A stretch of 64,000 bases of DNA from Candidatus Saccharimonadota bacterium (GTDB lineage: Bacteria > Patescibacteriota > Saccharimonadia > Saccharimonadales > 2-12-FULL-41-12): positions 10,444 to 74,443 of the forward strand of contig JALHOM010000001.1 in NCBI GenBank assembly GCA_022842995.1, given 5' to 3'. Numbering within the stretch: the first letter of the stretch is position 1; the number at the start of each line of letters is the position of its first letter. Positions 28,706 to 37,799 of the stretch are shown here, in pieces. Under the pieces are notes generated by a model that saw nothing but the letters and a program-made list of their open reading frames with translations, was not told the origin of the DNA and did no database searches. The translations under genes were made by a program, and so were the position numbers.

Positions 28706-30814
28706 TTATTGATCTAGGATTTTATTGATCTCACGTGCTAAGTCGGCGAAGTTCGAGGCCGTAGAACCTTCACTCATAATCGACAGTATATACATACCGC
28801 CCGGATGATAAATAATTGCCGCCTCGTGCCTGGTTCTTCCAGCGGAGCCGGCTTTATTAGCTACAAACATACCTGGTGAACCTGCCGGTATGCCTGATCT
28901 ATTTACTTCTCGGTTGAGATTTTGCAATAAGGCCGACGAATGAGACTTGGTGACAATATTGCCACTATAAACCCTCGCAAACCATTTGCTAAGGTCTGAC
29001 GCAGAGGTCAAGCCTGCACCGGCCGTCAACGTTGTACTCTCGAAGCCTTGGCTTTTTAGTAAGCTATCGCTCGCTCCCCAGTCGACCATGTCACCAAGCA
29101 CATTGGTGCAGCCTGCTTCCGATTCGGCCAACATTCGGTCCAAACACGTTCCGACAGACTGGCCGTTTGCCAAAACAGTTGCCGTACTGATCGATCCAGA
29201 AGCAATTTTGTTATATATAAGCGACCCGATAAACATGCGATATACTCCGGTACTCGGCCTAATCTGATGCGGGTTTATATTGCCAACCATCCGACCATTG
29301 ACTGTCTGGAAATCGATACTATGTTCGCCATTATGATTTGCCACCCAGTGGCTTAGCATGGTCTGAATGCCGGTACTGTCTTTCGTATATTTTCTGTCGA
29401 TCTTCTCTGGAGGAGGCAAGGTTGTAACGACGGCTTCAAGATTCGTGATCGAAGGTGAAGTCGTTGCCAAAACCCGGTCTACAAGTTCCTCGAATTTCAG
29501 CGATTTACCAACAGCTCCCTCCTCTCTACCGGCCGGAACGCCATTAAGATACGTGACAATAGTGTCTACGGCTGGATAATCTACCTTCGACCTTAATTCT
29601 GCCAAACTTGCTGCGACACGATCACGATTAAAGTTGATGTCGACTGATTTTTCTTCTGGCTTGGGAGTAATATCAACCCACGAAGCCATCAATGCCGAGT
29701 CTACCTTAAAACTCGTGACCTCTGCCGTTATAAACAATGGCGCATCAATGCGTTGCTGCATGCGCTTAACAACCGCTTCGGCAGTCTCGCTGGTTATGTT
29801 CGGTGGCAAAACTGTTGGCGCGAAAACTATTTGGCCATTATCCGCCAAATCAGACCTCAGAAGATGCGATCGTAAAACCTCGCCTTGATAGGCATAGCCT
29901 TCTTCTGATGGCGTTATGACCAGCTGAGTTCCTTGTTTTGTTACCACAGCGTCAGCCGGCTGTTTGTTCGTCTGGTTTATGACATCTTTAACATAGAGGT
30001 TCAGCTGCGATTCGTTCAAATCACGACTGATATTATAGGTTTTATTACCTTTCAATAAGATGGAAAATGGAATTAGTCGCTCCCTCAGGGAATAACTGGT
30101 CATTGCCTCGATGGTCTTGTCTGGAGCGATCGTGACTCCAAGATCTTTATAGGACGTTGTGAGAGTTTTTGTATGCGTGTGCACAGTGACGATTCGTGAA
30201 TCGAAATCTTCAAAAGTCTTGAGGATTTGACGTTCATCGGCAAACCCCAGATAACCATTGGCCTGCATCCTGCTGAGCGGTAAGGCGCGATTACTGGGGT
30301 AAAAAAGCTGAATTCCGATAACAAAAAACAGCAGCATACCAACTACCAATACAGACCTTTGCACACCCCTTCGAACCACTAAACGCCTCTTGATGCGAGT
30401 AAACAGATTATCGCTAGGCTGTTCTTTTGCTTCTGATGCTTCCATGACAGGCGGCTGGTGCTGCTCGATACCCAAAACATCTTCATAAAGCCGACGATCA
30501 GACGCATGCTTATAGCCGCCTTCGGCAAGGGCTTTTCTGAGAAGTTCTGAAGGGCTTTCGGCCACCTGCGCCGGCTGATCAAGCAGTGTTTCATCTGACG
30601 CCGGAACGACCTTTAAGGGCTCGTCCTTAGCTGGTTTTGCGCTCTTTTTAGCCGATACGCTGTTCTTCGACTCTTTGCTGGATACGACTTCGGGACTTTC
30701 GGGACTTTTTGCTTCTGCCTCTATAATCGCAACCAACAGCAAATAAAGCGCAATGCGCCGTTCAAGATACCGCTTCTGGGAGGGGTGCAACTCTGGCTGC
30801 TTTTGATTTTTCAT
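28706..30814 (-). CDS. membrane-anchored protein with a large extracytoplasmic region and a C-terminal class-A beta-lactamase-like serine hydrolase domain
   Basis: TM helix VLVVGMLLFFVIGIQLF. The C-terminal FVANKAGSAGRTRHEAAIIY resembles the KTG ... D-x-A-I-I box of class A beta-lactamases / Beta-lactamase2. Confidence 0.5.
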   Translation of the reverse strand: MKNQKQPELHPSQKRYLERRIALYLLLVAIIEAEAKSPESPEVVSSKESKNSVSAKKSAKPAKDEPLKVVPASDETLLDQPAQVAESPSELLRKALAEGGYKHASDRRLYEDVLGIEQHQPPVMEASEAKEQPSDNLFTRIKRRLVVRRGVQRSVLVVGMLLFFVIGIQLFYPSNRALPLSRMQANGYLGFADERQILKTFEDFDSRIVTVHTHTKTLTTSYKDLGVTIAPDKTIEAMTSYSLRERLIPFSILLKGNKTYNISRDLNESQLNLYVKDVINQTNKQPADAVVTKQGTQLVITPSEEGYAYQGEVLRSHLLRSDLADNGQIVFAPTVLPPNITSETAEAVVKRMQQRIDAPLFITAEVTSFKVDSALMASWVDITPKPEEKSVDINFNRDRVAASLAELRSKVDYPAVDTIVTYLNGVPAGREEGAVGKSLKFEELVDRVLATTSPSITNLEAVVTTLPPPEKIDRKYTKDSTGIQTMLSHWVANHNGEHSIDFQTVNGRMVGNINPHQIRPSTGVYRMFIGSLIYNKIASGSISTATVLANGQSVGTCLDRMLAESEAGCTNVLGDMVDWGASDSLLKSQGFESTTLTAGAGLTSASDLSKWFARVYSGNIVTKSHSSALLQNLNREVNRSGIPAGSPGMFVANKAGSAGRTRHEAAIIYHPGGMYILSIMSEGSTASNFADLAREINKILDQ

Positions 30815-30920
30815 TTTGATTTTTGTAGGTATCTAGGATGAATTATACAACAGATTAACACAAAGCAAATGCTTTATTTTTAATCACCTCCCTGGCACCG
30901 GTCTTCCTGAGCATCGAGGT

Positions 30921-31961
30921 CTAAAAAGAAATGTAGGCTCGTGATTTCTTAGATGCTTTAATATCGTTTAAATATTCATCGATGTCCTTAAAATCGAACA
31001 AGATATGTGCCGCCCGGAGCTGAGAGCCCTTAGTTTCGATGTTCTTCACAATTTCTAGGCCATAACCCATATCCACGACTTCAGAAAACTGACCTGGCTG
31101 CAGAGCAAAAAGAGCTTCAATAGTTTTTGGCGGAATATCGCGGTTAGATTTATCTACCAAGAATGGATACTCACCACCATTGTCTTTGGTTGCGGCATCT
31201 TCTGAAACTTCTTTTGCAAGGGTCGCAAAATCTTTGCCGTTTTTTAGTTGCGCCAATGCAGCGTTTGCGCGGTCATGCGCTCCGGTATCGAGACTGGAGG
31301 CTACCTTTTGAGATAAAATCTGATCTTTTAGCGACCTTCTAAAATCATTTATAGACCAGCCCCAATAATCGCTCAGGATTGCCTCCAGCTCGGTATCGTT
31401 ATCACTGAGCCGGTTCTGGTTACGAACTATCTTGATCGCATCATCAACCTCAGCCTCAGATACAGATATCCCCTTTTCATCGGCAATATTCTTTACGTAA
31501 ACGTCGTTAATAACCTTGTCGAGTGCCCGTTTCTTGAACTCAGCGAGCTGAAGCTGACCGGCTTCGGACTTGAAGTCCAGCTCTTGCTGATTCTCGTAAT
31601 AATGAACGTAGTGATTAATCTCGAACAAATAACTCTCGTACGAAACAAAGTCAGACCCAATACGCGCAACCGGAAACGGAACAACTTTAGTGACTTTATA
31701 AAGAAACAGCGAGGTTGATTTCTGCCTGTAGAGAGCGTAACTGGTATAGCCCAAAAAGCCGATCAAGGCGACCAAAAAAATAGAGATCGAAATCATGACG
31801 AGGCGATGCTTAGTGTGCTGAAGTGGATAAATATAGCGACGGGCGCCTCTTAAAATCTCTTCGCGGTGCACCGCTACGGTGTCGTTAGTAACGCGCGCTT
31901 CTTTATCTATGACAGGCTCACGCTTGGCGCGCCTTTTTAGGTGCTTGATCTTCTCTTTCAT
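30921..31961 (-). CDS. membrane-anchored parvulin-type peptidyl-prolyl isomerase (PrsA/SurA-like foldase)
   Basis: N-terminal TM. Rotamase domain reads LAQLKNGKDFATLAKEVSEDAATKDNGGEYPFL...MGYGLEIVK...AAHILF. Confidence 0.65.
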   Translation of the reverse strand: MKEKIKHLKRRAKREPVIDKEARVTNDTVAVHREEILRGARRYIYPLQHTKHRLVMISISIFLVALIGFLGYTSYALYRQKSTSLFLYKVTKVVPFPVARIGSDFVSYESYLFEINHYVHYYENQQELDFKSEAGQLQLAEFKKRALDKVINDVYVKNIADEKGISVSEAEVDDAIKIVRNQNRLSDNDTELEAILSDYWGWSINDFRRSLKDQILSQKVASSLDTGAHDRANAALAQLKNGKDFATLAKEVSEDAATKDNGGEYPFLVDKSNRDIPPKTIEALFALQPGQFSEVVDMGYGLEIVKNIETKGSQLRAAHILFDFKDIDEYLNDIKASKKSRAYISF

Positions 31962-31973
31962 AGTATGCGTAGA

Positions 31974-32504
31974 TTAGTTCGCGTCCTGCGCCATCGGCGG
32001 CAAGGCGTTTATAAATCCTTTTTCTCTCAAGATTGATAACAGTTTTTTCTGAGTCTTGGCTGGGTGATGAACGTCGTGTATAACCAAATCTCCTACAAAA
32101 GTCTGTACAGTTATTGTACCAAATCCTAGCAAAGTCTCCTCAAGCCCGCTTACTGAATAGTTAACCATCTGTATCTGGTTAAGCCCAATATCAACGACGC
32201 TCTTACTCCAGAAGCCCTTTTGAGTAATCTGTATTAAGCGCTGATCAGTTACGATATAAAAACTATAATTCCAGCTAATCCAATATGGCAGGAAGATGAT
32301 ACCGGCCAAAACAAAGCCACCCAAAAGACCACCGATGAAATAGATGTATTCTGGTTTGATGAGCGACGGAATTGTCCCGAGTAAAATCGCCAAACTAGAG
32401 TAAATTAAACCTTTGCGCATGACGACGGGGTGTTTCTTGAAGACATAAATCAATTCTTCATTATCGAGCTGGTCGTCGAAGTACTTTTTCTCTTTCTTTG
32501 CCAT
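31974..32504 (-). CDS. bacterial PH-domain (bPH_2/YdbT-like) membrane protein
   Basis: Two TM helices followed by ...YIVTDQRLIQITQKGFWSKSVVDIGLNQIQMV... Confidence 0.55.
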   Translation of the reverse strand: MAKKEKKYFDDQLDNEELIYVFKKHPVVMRKGLIYSSLAILLGTIPSLIKPEYIYFIGGLLGGFVLAGIIFLPYWISWNYSFYIVTDQRLIQITQKGFWSKSVVDIGLNQIQMVNYSVSGLEETLLGFGTITVQTFVGDLVIHDVHHPAKTQKKLLSILREKGFINALPPMAQDAN

Positions 32505-32559
32505 TATGCTTATAAGTATATCCTACATCGGGATCAGGCCAGAAAGAGACGTGCTCCAG

Positions 32560-32973
32560 CTAGTCTATCGTCTTGAAGTCGTAGTCCGGATAAAGGCTTT
32601 TACACTTTGCAAGTCCATCCTTCAATATAGGCTGACCTGATTGAACCTGCCCCTTACAGTAAAGCCGCTGATCGATTTCATTAAATACACTATTGAGCAG
32701 AATCGGTACAATGATCAGCGCTAAGAACGCTATCAGCCCAAATCTACGATCGTTGCCCCTACCCCGAAATAGCAAGATGACTGATACAACAGTTGCGGTC
32801 GTAACACTCAAGTACATTACAAACCCTAGGCCAATATTGGCATCTCCAGGCCCAAAAATAGTAACTAGCGAGAGCAATAAGACGATAACGGGTGCTGATA
32901 AAATTATAATTTTGTATATTTTTATCTCTGTATATCGATTAGGACTACGCGGTGTATCGTCTTTTTTAGACAT
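32560..32973 (-). CDS. small integral membrane protein
   Basis: 137 aa, 3-4 TM segments. Confidence 0.4.
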   Translation of the reverse strand: MSKKDDTPRSPNRYTEIKIYKIIILSAPVIVLLLSLVTIFGPGDANIGLGFVMYLSVTTATVVSVILLFRGRGNDRRFGLIAFLALIIVPILLNSVFNEIDQRLYCKGQVQSGQPILKDGLAKCKSLYPDYDFKTID

Positions 32974-33053
32974 TAAATTTATCGACCTTTTTAAGTTAAT
33001 TTAAAGTTTTTACATTTTACTCGTTAGGATGATAAATATTCGAATAAATCGGC

Positions 33054-33128
33054 TGGTGCCCCCGCCACGAGTCGAACGTGAAGCTTCTCCTTAGGACGGA
33101 GCTATTTTATCCATTGAACTACGGGGGC
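33054..33128 (-). tRNA. tRNA-Arg (anticodon CCU) candidate
   Basis: Minus strand: acceptor GCCCCCG / CGGGGGC, anticodon arm GCTCC-GTCCTAA-GGAGA, T-arm TCACG-TTCGACT-CGTGG, then A-CCA. The D-arm is irregular. Confidence 0.5.
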
Positions 33129-33199
33129 CCAACAGGCCTCATTATACAAGATGATGGAGGCCTGCGAAGTTTAATACCTGCGAATTTCTTGCGTAATAA

Positions 33200-33706
33200 C
33201 TATTTTTTGGTTGGCTGTGTATAGGACTGGTGTACGGTCGGATAATCAAACAACTCTGACTCGCTAAACCAATGGGTGATTTCTTCGGCAGCTTCGGCTG
33301 CATCACCTGAGGCATGGATGATATTTGGGATACCCATCTGTTGCTGATCGGCATGCGCAAAACTAACATGAGCGTAATCACCTCTGATAGTTCCGGGAGG
33401 GGCGCTCTTTGGCTCGGTGGTACCAACCATCTTACGAACAAGCTCGATAGCCTCAACTCCTTCTAATACATAGGCGATTACCGGACCAGCCAGCATCATA
33501 TCCATGGTCACATCGAAAGCCTTTTGGCCTCTGCGCGAGATCATCTTGCTAATATTTTCGTAATGATGATGGTAGTGATCAAGATCTGGCTGAACCATTT
33601 TACTGCCAACAATCTTGAGCCCAGCACGCTCAAACCTTGTGAGAATTTCTCCAACAATTCCACGCTGCACTGCATCGGGCTTGAGAATAATAAGCGTTCG
33701 TTCCAT
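33200..33706 (-). CDS. ndk: nucleoside diphosphate kinase (start probably at MERTLIIL; the track ORF starts 9 codons earlier)
   Basis: ERTLIILKPDAVQRGIVGEILTRFERAGLKIV ... NIIHASGDAAEAAEEITHWF contains the catalytic His. Confidence 0.85.
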   Translation of the reverse strand: MERTLIILKPDAVQRGIVGEILTRFERAGLKIVGSKMVQPDLDHYHHHYENISKMISRRGQKAFDVTMDMMLAGPVIAYVLEGVEAIELVRKMVGTTEPKSAPPGTIRGDYAHVSFAHADQQQMGIPNIIHASGDAAEAAEEITHWFSESELFDYPTVHQSYTQPTKK

Positions 33707-33802
33707 TGATCTTCCTTTTTCTTTAATGCTCACATTTTTGGGTAAGCAAATTTATTACTGAATACAAATAGTATACCAAACCTCCTGCCGTAACCACGAA
33801 TC

Positions 33803-33840
33803 TACCACACTTTTTGAACGATCGTTCAAAAAGTGTGGTA
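33803..33840. repeat. 38-bp perfect palindrome TACCACACTTTTTGAACGATCGTTCAAAAAGTGTGGTA (copy A of a palindrome family; arms 11 + CGATCG + 11)
   Basis: Read directly; self-complementary. It lies 12 bp upstream of the ATG of the 157-aa gene and in the ndk upstream region. It contains divergent TTGAAC hexamers. Confidence 0.9.
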
Positions 33841-33851
33841 CTATTTTTCAT

Positions 33852-34325
33852 ATGGACAGGAAGTTGACAGGAACACAATATATTTTGCTTGCGCTTATTC
33901 CCTATACCAAAGCAAACTTGCAGTTTAGCTTTGCCAGAAAGTCATTCTTTAGAGAAGTAGCGATCAGGGATCATGTTCACGAAAAAGCAGCTCGCAGTGG
34001 GTTTTACCGAGCAATGAAACAAGGGCTCATAGAAGAAGACGAAAAGGGCCAAATAAGACTCACCAACAAAGGTAAGCGTCGAATAGCGACATACACTTCT
34101 CGCTACCTACCGAACAGCAACCTTATGGTAATATTCGATATCGCCGAAGCAGAGCGAGCAAAGCGTTCTCACGTCAGAGCACTCCTCAAAGAATTATCTT
34201 TCAAGCAAGTTCAAAAGAGCGTATGGGTCAGCGAGTACGATCATCGATCTTTAGTGCAAATGGAAGTCGAACACCTGAAGCTGCAGGACTCCATCCAAGT
34301 ATTCGAATGCTATCGCCTATCATAA
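33852..34325 (+). CDS. putative DNA-binding regulator (wHTH-like N-terminus) with a C-terminal Cas2-like motif
   Basis: The C-terminal ~65 aa (LMVIFDIAEAERAKRSHVRALLKELSFKQVQKSVWVSEY...VFECYRLS) follows the Cas2-like pattern hhhhYDI...R..h...L...G.R.Q.SVF..., which is also seen in PaaX-type regulators. The N-terminus is basic and helical. The gene is exactly bracketed by palindromes A and B. Confidence 0.5.
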   Translation: MDRKLTGTQYILLALIPYTKANLQFSFARKSFFREVAIRDHVHEKAARSGFYRAMKQGLIEEDEKGQIRLTNKGKRRIATYTSRYLPNSNLMVIFDIAEAERAKRSHVRALLKELSFKQVQKSVWVSEYDHRSLVQMEVEHLKLQDSIQVFECYRLS

Positions 34326-34329
34326 ATTT

Positions 34330-34367
34330 TTACTACACTTTTTGAACGATCGTTCAAAAAGTGTAGT
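34330..34367. repeat. 38-bp perfect palindrome TACTACACTTTTTGAACGATCGTTCAAAAAGTGTAGTA (copy B), 5 bp after the stop of the 157-aa gene and 118 bp upstream of the recombinase gene
   Basis: Read directly. Differs from copy A at one symmetric position. A TAGTAT -10-like hexamer sits at its right edge. Confidence 0.9.
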
Positions 34368-34484
34368 ATTGTTGGTTATTCGATTGTTTGTTGCTCGGGG
34401 GGTTGGAGTATAAAAGATTTTGGATAGAAGCTGTGGAGGTCTTGTAAATGAGGTGGTTTGGTTGGGGTGAGATAGAATAAGTAC

Positions 34485-35399
34485 ATGGATTACCAAAAGC
34501 TACTTGTCGACTTCTTGGAATACCTCGAGATCGAACAAAACCGATCACAAAAAACGATCGCCAATTATCATCATTACCTTATACGGCTTTCTGACTTTGC
34601 GGGCGAAATTAAAGTAGAAGACATCACTCCAGAACTGATCAGAAAATGGAGACTTTGGCTTAACCGACTTGGCACCAACACCAGCGACGAACTTGGGAAA
34701 AGTACCCAAAACTATCATTTGATAGCGCTGCGAAGTTTCTTAAAATACTGTGCCAAACGCGACATAAAGACCATGAGCCCCGAGAAAGTAGAACTCGCCC
34801 GTACCAAACGCAAGCAAGTAACTTTTCTAACGCCCGGAGAGCTTGAGCGACTTTTTGATCAGCCAGACACCTCGACTTCTGCAGGCCTGCGTGATCGGGC
34901 TATCTTGGAGCTTCTCTACTCAAGCGGGCTCCGTGTCTCGGAGTTATCCGGTCTGAACCGCGATCATATCAACCTTGAGCGACGAGAGTTCATGGTGCGC
35001 GGTAAAGGCCAGAAAGATCGCCCTGTTTTCATTAGCGATCAAGCCGCAGACTGGATTTTGAAATACACCGAATCTCGCGACGATAAAGCCCCTGCTCTTT
35101 TCATCCGATTTGGCGGCGTCAAAAACCCAGACCTCAGCGGTAACTACCTTCGACTCACACCACGCAGTATACAAAGGATGGTCTTGAAGTATGCGCTGCT
35201 CGCAGGAATCACAAAGAAAGTCTCTCCACACACCCTCAGACACTCCTACGCGACAGACCTCCTTATGAACGGAGCCGATTTACGCTCGGTTCAAGCCATG
35301 CTCGGGCACAGCAACATCCAAACTACACAAATCTACACACACGTAACTGACCCACACCTAAAAAAAGTCCACGAGCAATTCCATCGGCGAAAAGAATAA
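34485..35399 (+). CDS. xerD: tyrosine site-specific recombinase, XerC/XerD family
   Basis: Catalytic residues R ... K ... HTLRHSYATDLLMNGADLRSVQAMLGHSNIQTTQIYTH (H-x-x-R ... Y). The N-terminal SAM-like core-binding domain reads LSDFAG...NYHHYLIRL. Confidence 0.8.
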   Translation: MDYQKLLVDFLEYLEIEQNRSQKTIANYHHYLIRLSDFAGEIKVEDITPELIRKWRLWLNRLGTNTSDELGKSTQNYHLIALRSFLKYCAKRDIKTMSPEKVELARTKRKQVTFLTPGELERLFDQPDTSTSAGLRDRAILELLYSSGLRVSELSGLNRDHINLERREFMVRGKGQKDRPVFISDQAADWILKYTESRDDKAPALFIRFGGVKNPDLSGNYLRLTPRSIQRMVLKYALLAGITKKVSPHTLRHSYATDLLMNGADLRSVQAMLGHSNIQTTQIYTHVTDPHLKKVHEQFHRRKE

Positions 35400-35497
35400 A
35401 TTAATCTCCCGACCTTCCGCTTGAGGTATCTCTGGCTCCAGTCTAATCGAAAATTAGCCTGCCCCGCATCTATACCTATGAAAACGATATTCTAAAA

Positions 35498-36550
35498 TTA
35501 ATCAGCGCATGAAGCGTCGGTGAAGCTGGCTGACGACTGAGCCTGATTGACATCAATCAGCTTACAGATCGATTCTTTAGTAGCCAATACATCTGAACCC
35601 CCCGTACCAGGAGTCGTGTATTGCAAACTTGCTGGCAAGCGAACTTTTATTCTACGTAAAACATCATTAGCCTTACCAGTAGAATCAATTTCGATTTGCG
35701 CATCGACGAAGCCGACAGTTCCATTATTTGCAACGACCGTTACACGATTATCTGTATACAGGCTCTTAACGTTTAATGTCCAGTTATCGGTTGGAAGTAT
35801 GTTGAGTCCAGTCAACGTAACCACGCAACCACCTAGTGCATCGCTACAACCACCCGGGGTTATCATTCCCTGATTATCAGGATAAGCAAGACTCCCGACA
35901 TTCAGGCTACCACCTACGCCGCCGTTACGAGGCAAAAAATAACCAATGTAAGTACTTTTGATCGTCTGTTCACGATTGGCTCCCAACCTAAATAACTCAA
36001 ACCTTACGCCGCCAACATTACAGTTCGCCCCCAGGCTCGAAGGCAACCCAGAACCCGTACCCGCGCAACCACCGACTTGATTACCGCCAGGGTTGGCGTT
36101 CCAGGTAAATCTTAGTGAGGTAATGGGTACTGTAGATTTTATCGGATAAGACTTATTTTCATCAGTAGATAGCGGTTTGATTTCTAACGAACTTGGTTCA
36201 CGATTAAAAAGTACGCAGGAGTAGCTATTGACCCCACCGTCAATCGGGCCCTTAGGTGCATCATCAGGGAATGCAGATGTGTCGCAAACGGTCTTAGACT
36301 TCTCTGTTGTCCTGCCAGACGTCAGATACTCAGCCCAATCACTAATTCCAGATTCTGCGTTATAAAAAGCCTGGTCGCTCAACTGACGATCCAAAGATTG
36401 TCGCTGTTCACGATTAGAATTCTCTGCCATGGCTAGCACAATCATACTGATCAGTAAGATAAACACCACGGTAACCAATATCGAAACAACGCCACCCTGG
36501 TCTTTGGTTATTTTTTTCATTTCCTGCCCCTTATAAGAAACCTTTAGCAC
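35498..36550 (-). CDS. PilX-like minor pilin / pilus assembly protein (N-terminal hydrophobic pilin-like helix without Glu5)
   Basis: QGGVVSILVTVVFILLISMIVLAMA N-terminus. Last gene of the pilin operon. Confidence 0.45.
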   Translation of the reverse strand: MLKVSYKGQEMKKITKDQGGVVSILVTVVFILLISMIVLAMAENSNREQRQSLDRQLSDQAFYNAESGISDWAEYLTSGRTTEKSKTVCDTSAFPDDAPKGPIDGGVNSYSCVLFNREPSSLEIKPLSTDENKSYPIKSTVPITSLRFTWNANPGGNQVGGCAGTGSGLPSSLGANCNVGGVRFELFRLGANREQTIKSTYIGYFLPRNGGVGGSLNVGSLAYPDNQGMITPGGCSDALGGCVVTLTGLNILPTDNWTLNVKSLYTDNRVTVVANNGTVGFVDAQIEIDSTGKANDVLRRIKVRLPASLQYTTPGTGGSDVLATKESICKLIDVNQAQSSASFTDASCAD

Positions 36551-37236
36551 TATTGTACCCGCCTCTTGACTATCGTGTCCAGTCTCGATGCAGCACAGAA
36601 GCTACTTCCTGATACACCGGTTAAGCATCGAGCGTTGGTAATATCTGTGAATCTACCAGCACTATAGTTGCTCATCAGATCAGCGTCACCGTAGGCTACG
36701 GCCACCGAAATACTCCAAGCGTCTGAATTAGCTATTTTTACTACTGAAAATTGCTGCAAGCGCATATTCTCGGCCAGAAGCTGCTGCGTACTTCCGGCGC
36801 ACGAGGGATTGCTATTTAGGCAAGTCTGGCAAGAAAAGCCGCTATTCAAGCGTTGGGCAACCAAACCCTCTCGGCCGAGATCACTCTGAGCCGTACTATA
36901 TGGAGCCTTAAATTGTGTCCCTAGGCTATAAAAATATCGCGTATCACCTATGCAAAAAACCCTGGTGGGATAATCAGGGTCGCCTGGGTTTACGGGCGTT
37001 TCAACACTGATATCTGCCGAAGAAAATTGAACTACCCGCGTCATCTCTTCCATAATATTACGGTTAACTTCCTGGGTTTTAGCGACTGTTACACCCTTGT
37101 AATACTGCTGGCCAATACGGATAATCACCGAGGTAGCGATAAGAACTATCACGCTAAATATCGCCGTAGCGATAAGAAGTTCAATTATCGTAAATCCACC
37201 CTGACTTTTCCTAACTACACGAAAACCGTATTTCAT
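36550..37236 (-). CDS. type IV pilin-like protein (minor pilin)
   Basis: Prepilin leader plus GFTIIELLIATAIFSVIVLIA (N-methylation motif with Glu5). Confidence 0.6.
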   Translation of the reverse strand: MKYGFRVVRKSQGGFTIIELLIATAIFSVIVLIATSVIIRIGQQYYKGVTVAKTQEVNRNIMEEMTRVVQFSSADISVETPVNPGDPDYPTRVFCIGDTRYFYSLGTQFKAPYSTAQSDLGREGLVAQRLNSGFSCQTCLNSNPSCAGSTQQLLAENMRLQQFSVVKIANSDAWSISVAVAYGDADLMSNYSAGRFTDITNARCLTGVSGSSFCAASRLDTIVKRRVQ

Positions 37237-37799
37237 AAGCCGCCCAAGTCCCCACTACCAGGATAGATGTTCTGGACAATAGTCACTTGATTAATCTGCT
37301 GTCCATTTGGCGCTTCCCACCGAACATAAGCCGTGTAGGTATTTGGCGTACCCGGAAGGCTCCCCCCGCCGCGCTGAATATAGAAGTTAAATAAACCATC
37401 ATAATCAAGACACTCGACTGGATATACGACATCATCAAACTCAGGATCTTCATTAGGGTCCGTATCAGGTGTTACGCCAGTAAATTGATGATCGCTGATC
37501 ACACCCACATTGGCTCCAGATTCAGCAATCGTCAGACAAAATGCCCCGCCAGAACCCACCAAAGTTGCACTAGAAGTATTGGCATAAATTTTTAAAAGTT
37601 CAATTTGCTGATTAGCTAGTTTCGTCGCCTGTCCACGCTCACCAGCTGATCTGTTTGCGGCAGTGCTCCGATTAACCAAAACGTAGGAGCTGGCAAGGAT
37701 AAGGCCAAGCACTGACATAGAGATCAAAACCTCCATTATCGTATCTCCGGCCTGACCAATCGACCGCCTACGTTTAGTTAATTGCAACTGGCTGGCCAT
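37233..37799 (-). CDS. type IV pilin-like protein (minor pilin)
   Basis: QAGDTIMEVLISMSVLGLILASSYVL prepilin-type N-terminus. Confidence 0.55.
   Translation of the reverse strand: MASQLQLTKRRRSIGQAGDTIMEVLISMSVLGLILASSYVLVNRSTAANRSAGERGQATKLANQQIELLKIYANTSSATLVGSGGAFCLTIAESGANVGVISDHQFTGVTPDTDPNEDPEFDDVVYPVECLDYDGLFNFYIQRGGGSLPGTPNTYTAYVRWEAPNGQQINQVTIVQNIYPGSGDLGGL

Noticed and set aside
34330-34367. Copy B palindrome as the unique chromosomal dif site
   Set aside because: The 11-6-11 layout and proximity to the xer gene fit the XerS/XerH paradigm. However, at least three additional copies occur in this window and the site is perfectly symmetric. A unique, directional dif site is therefore unlikely. 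It is kept as an alternative hypothesis under the first finding.
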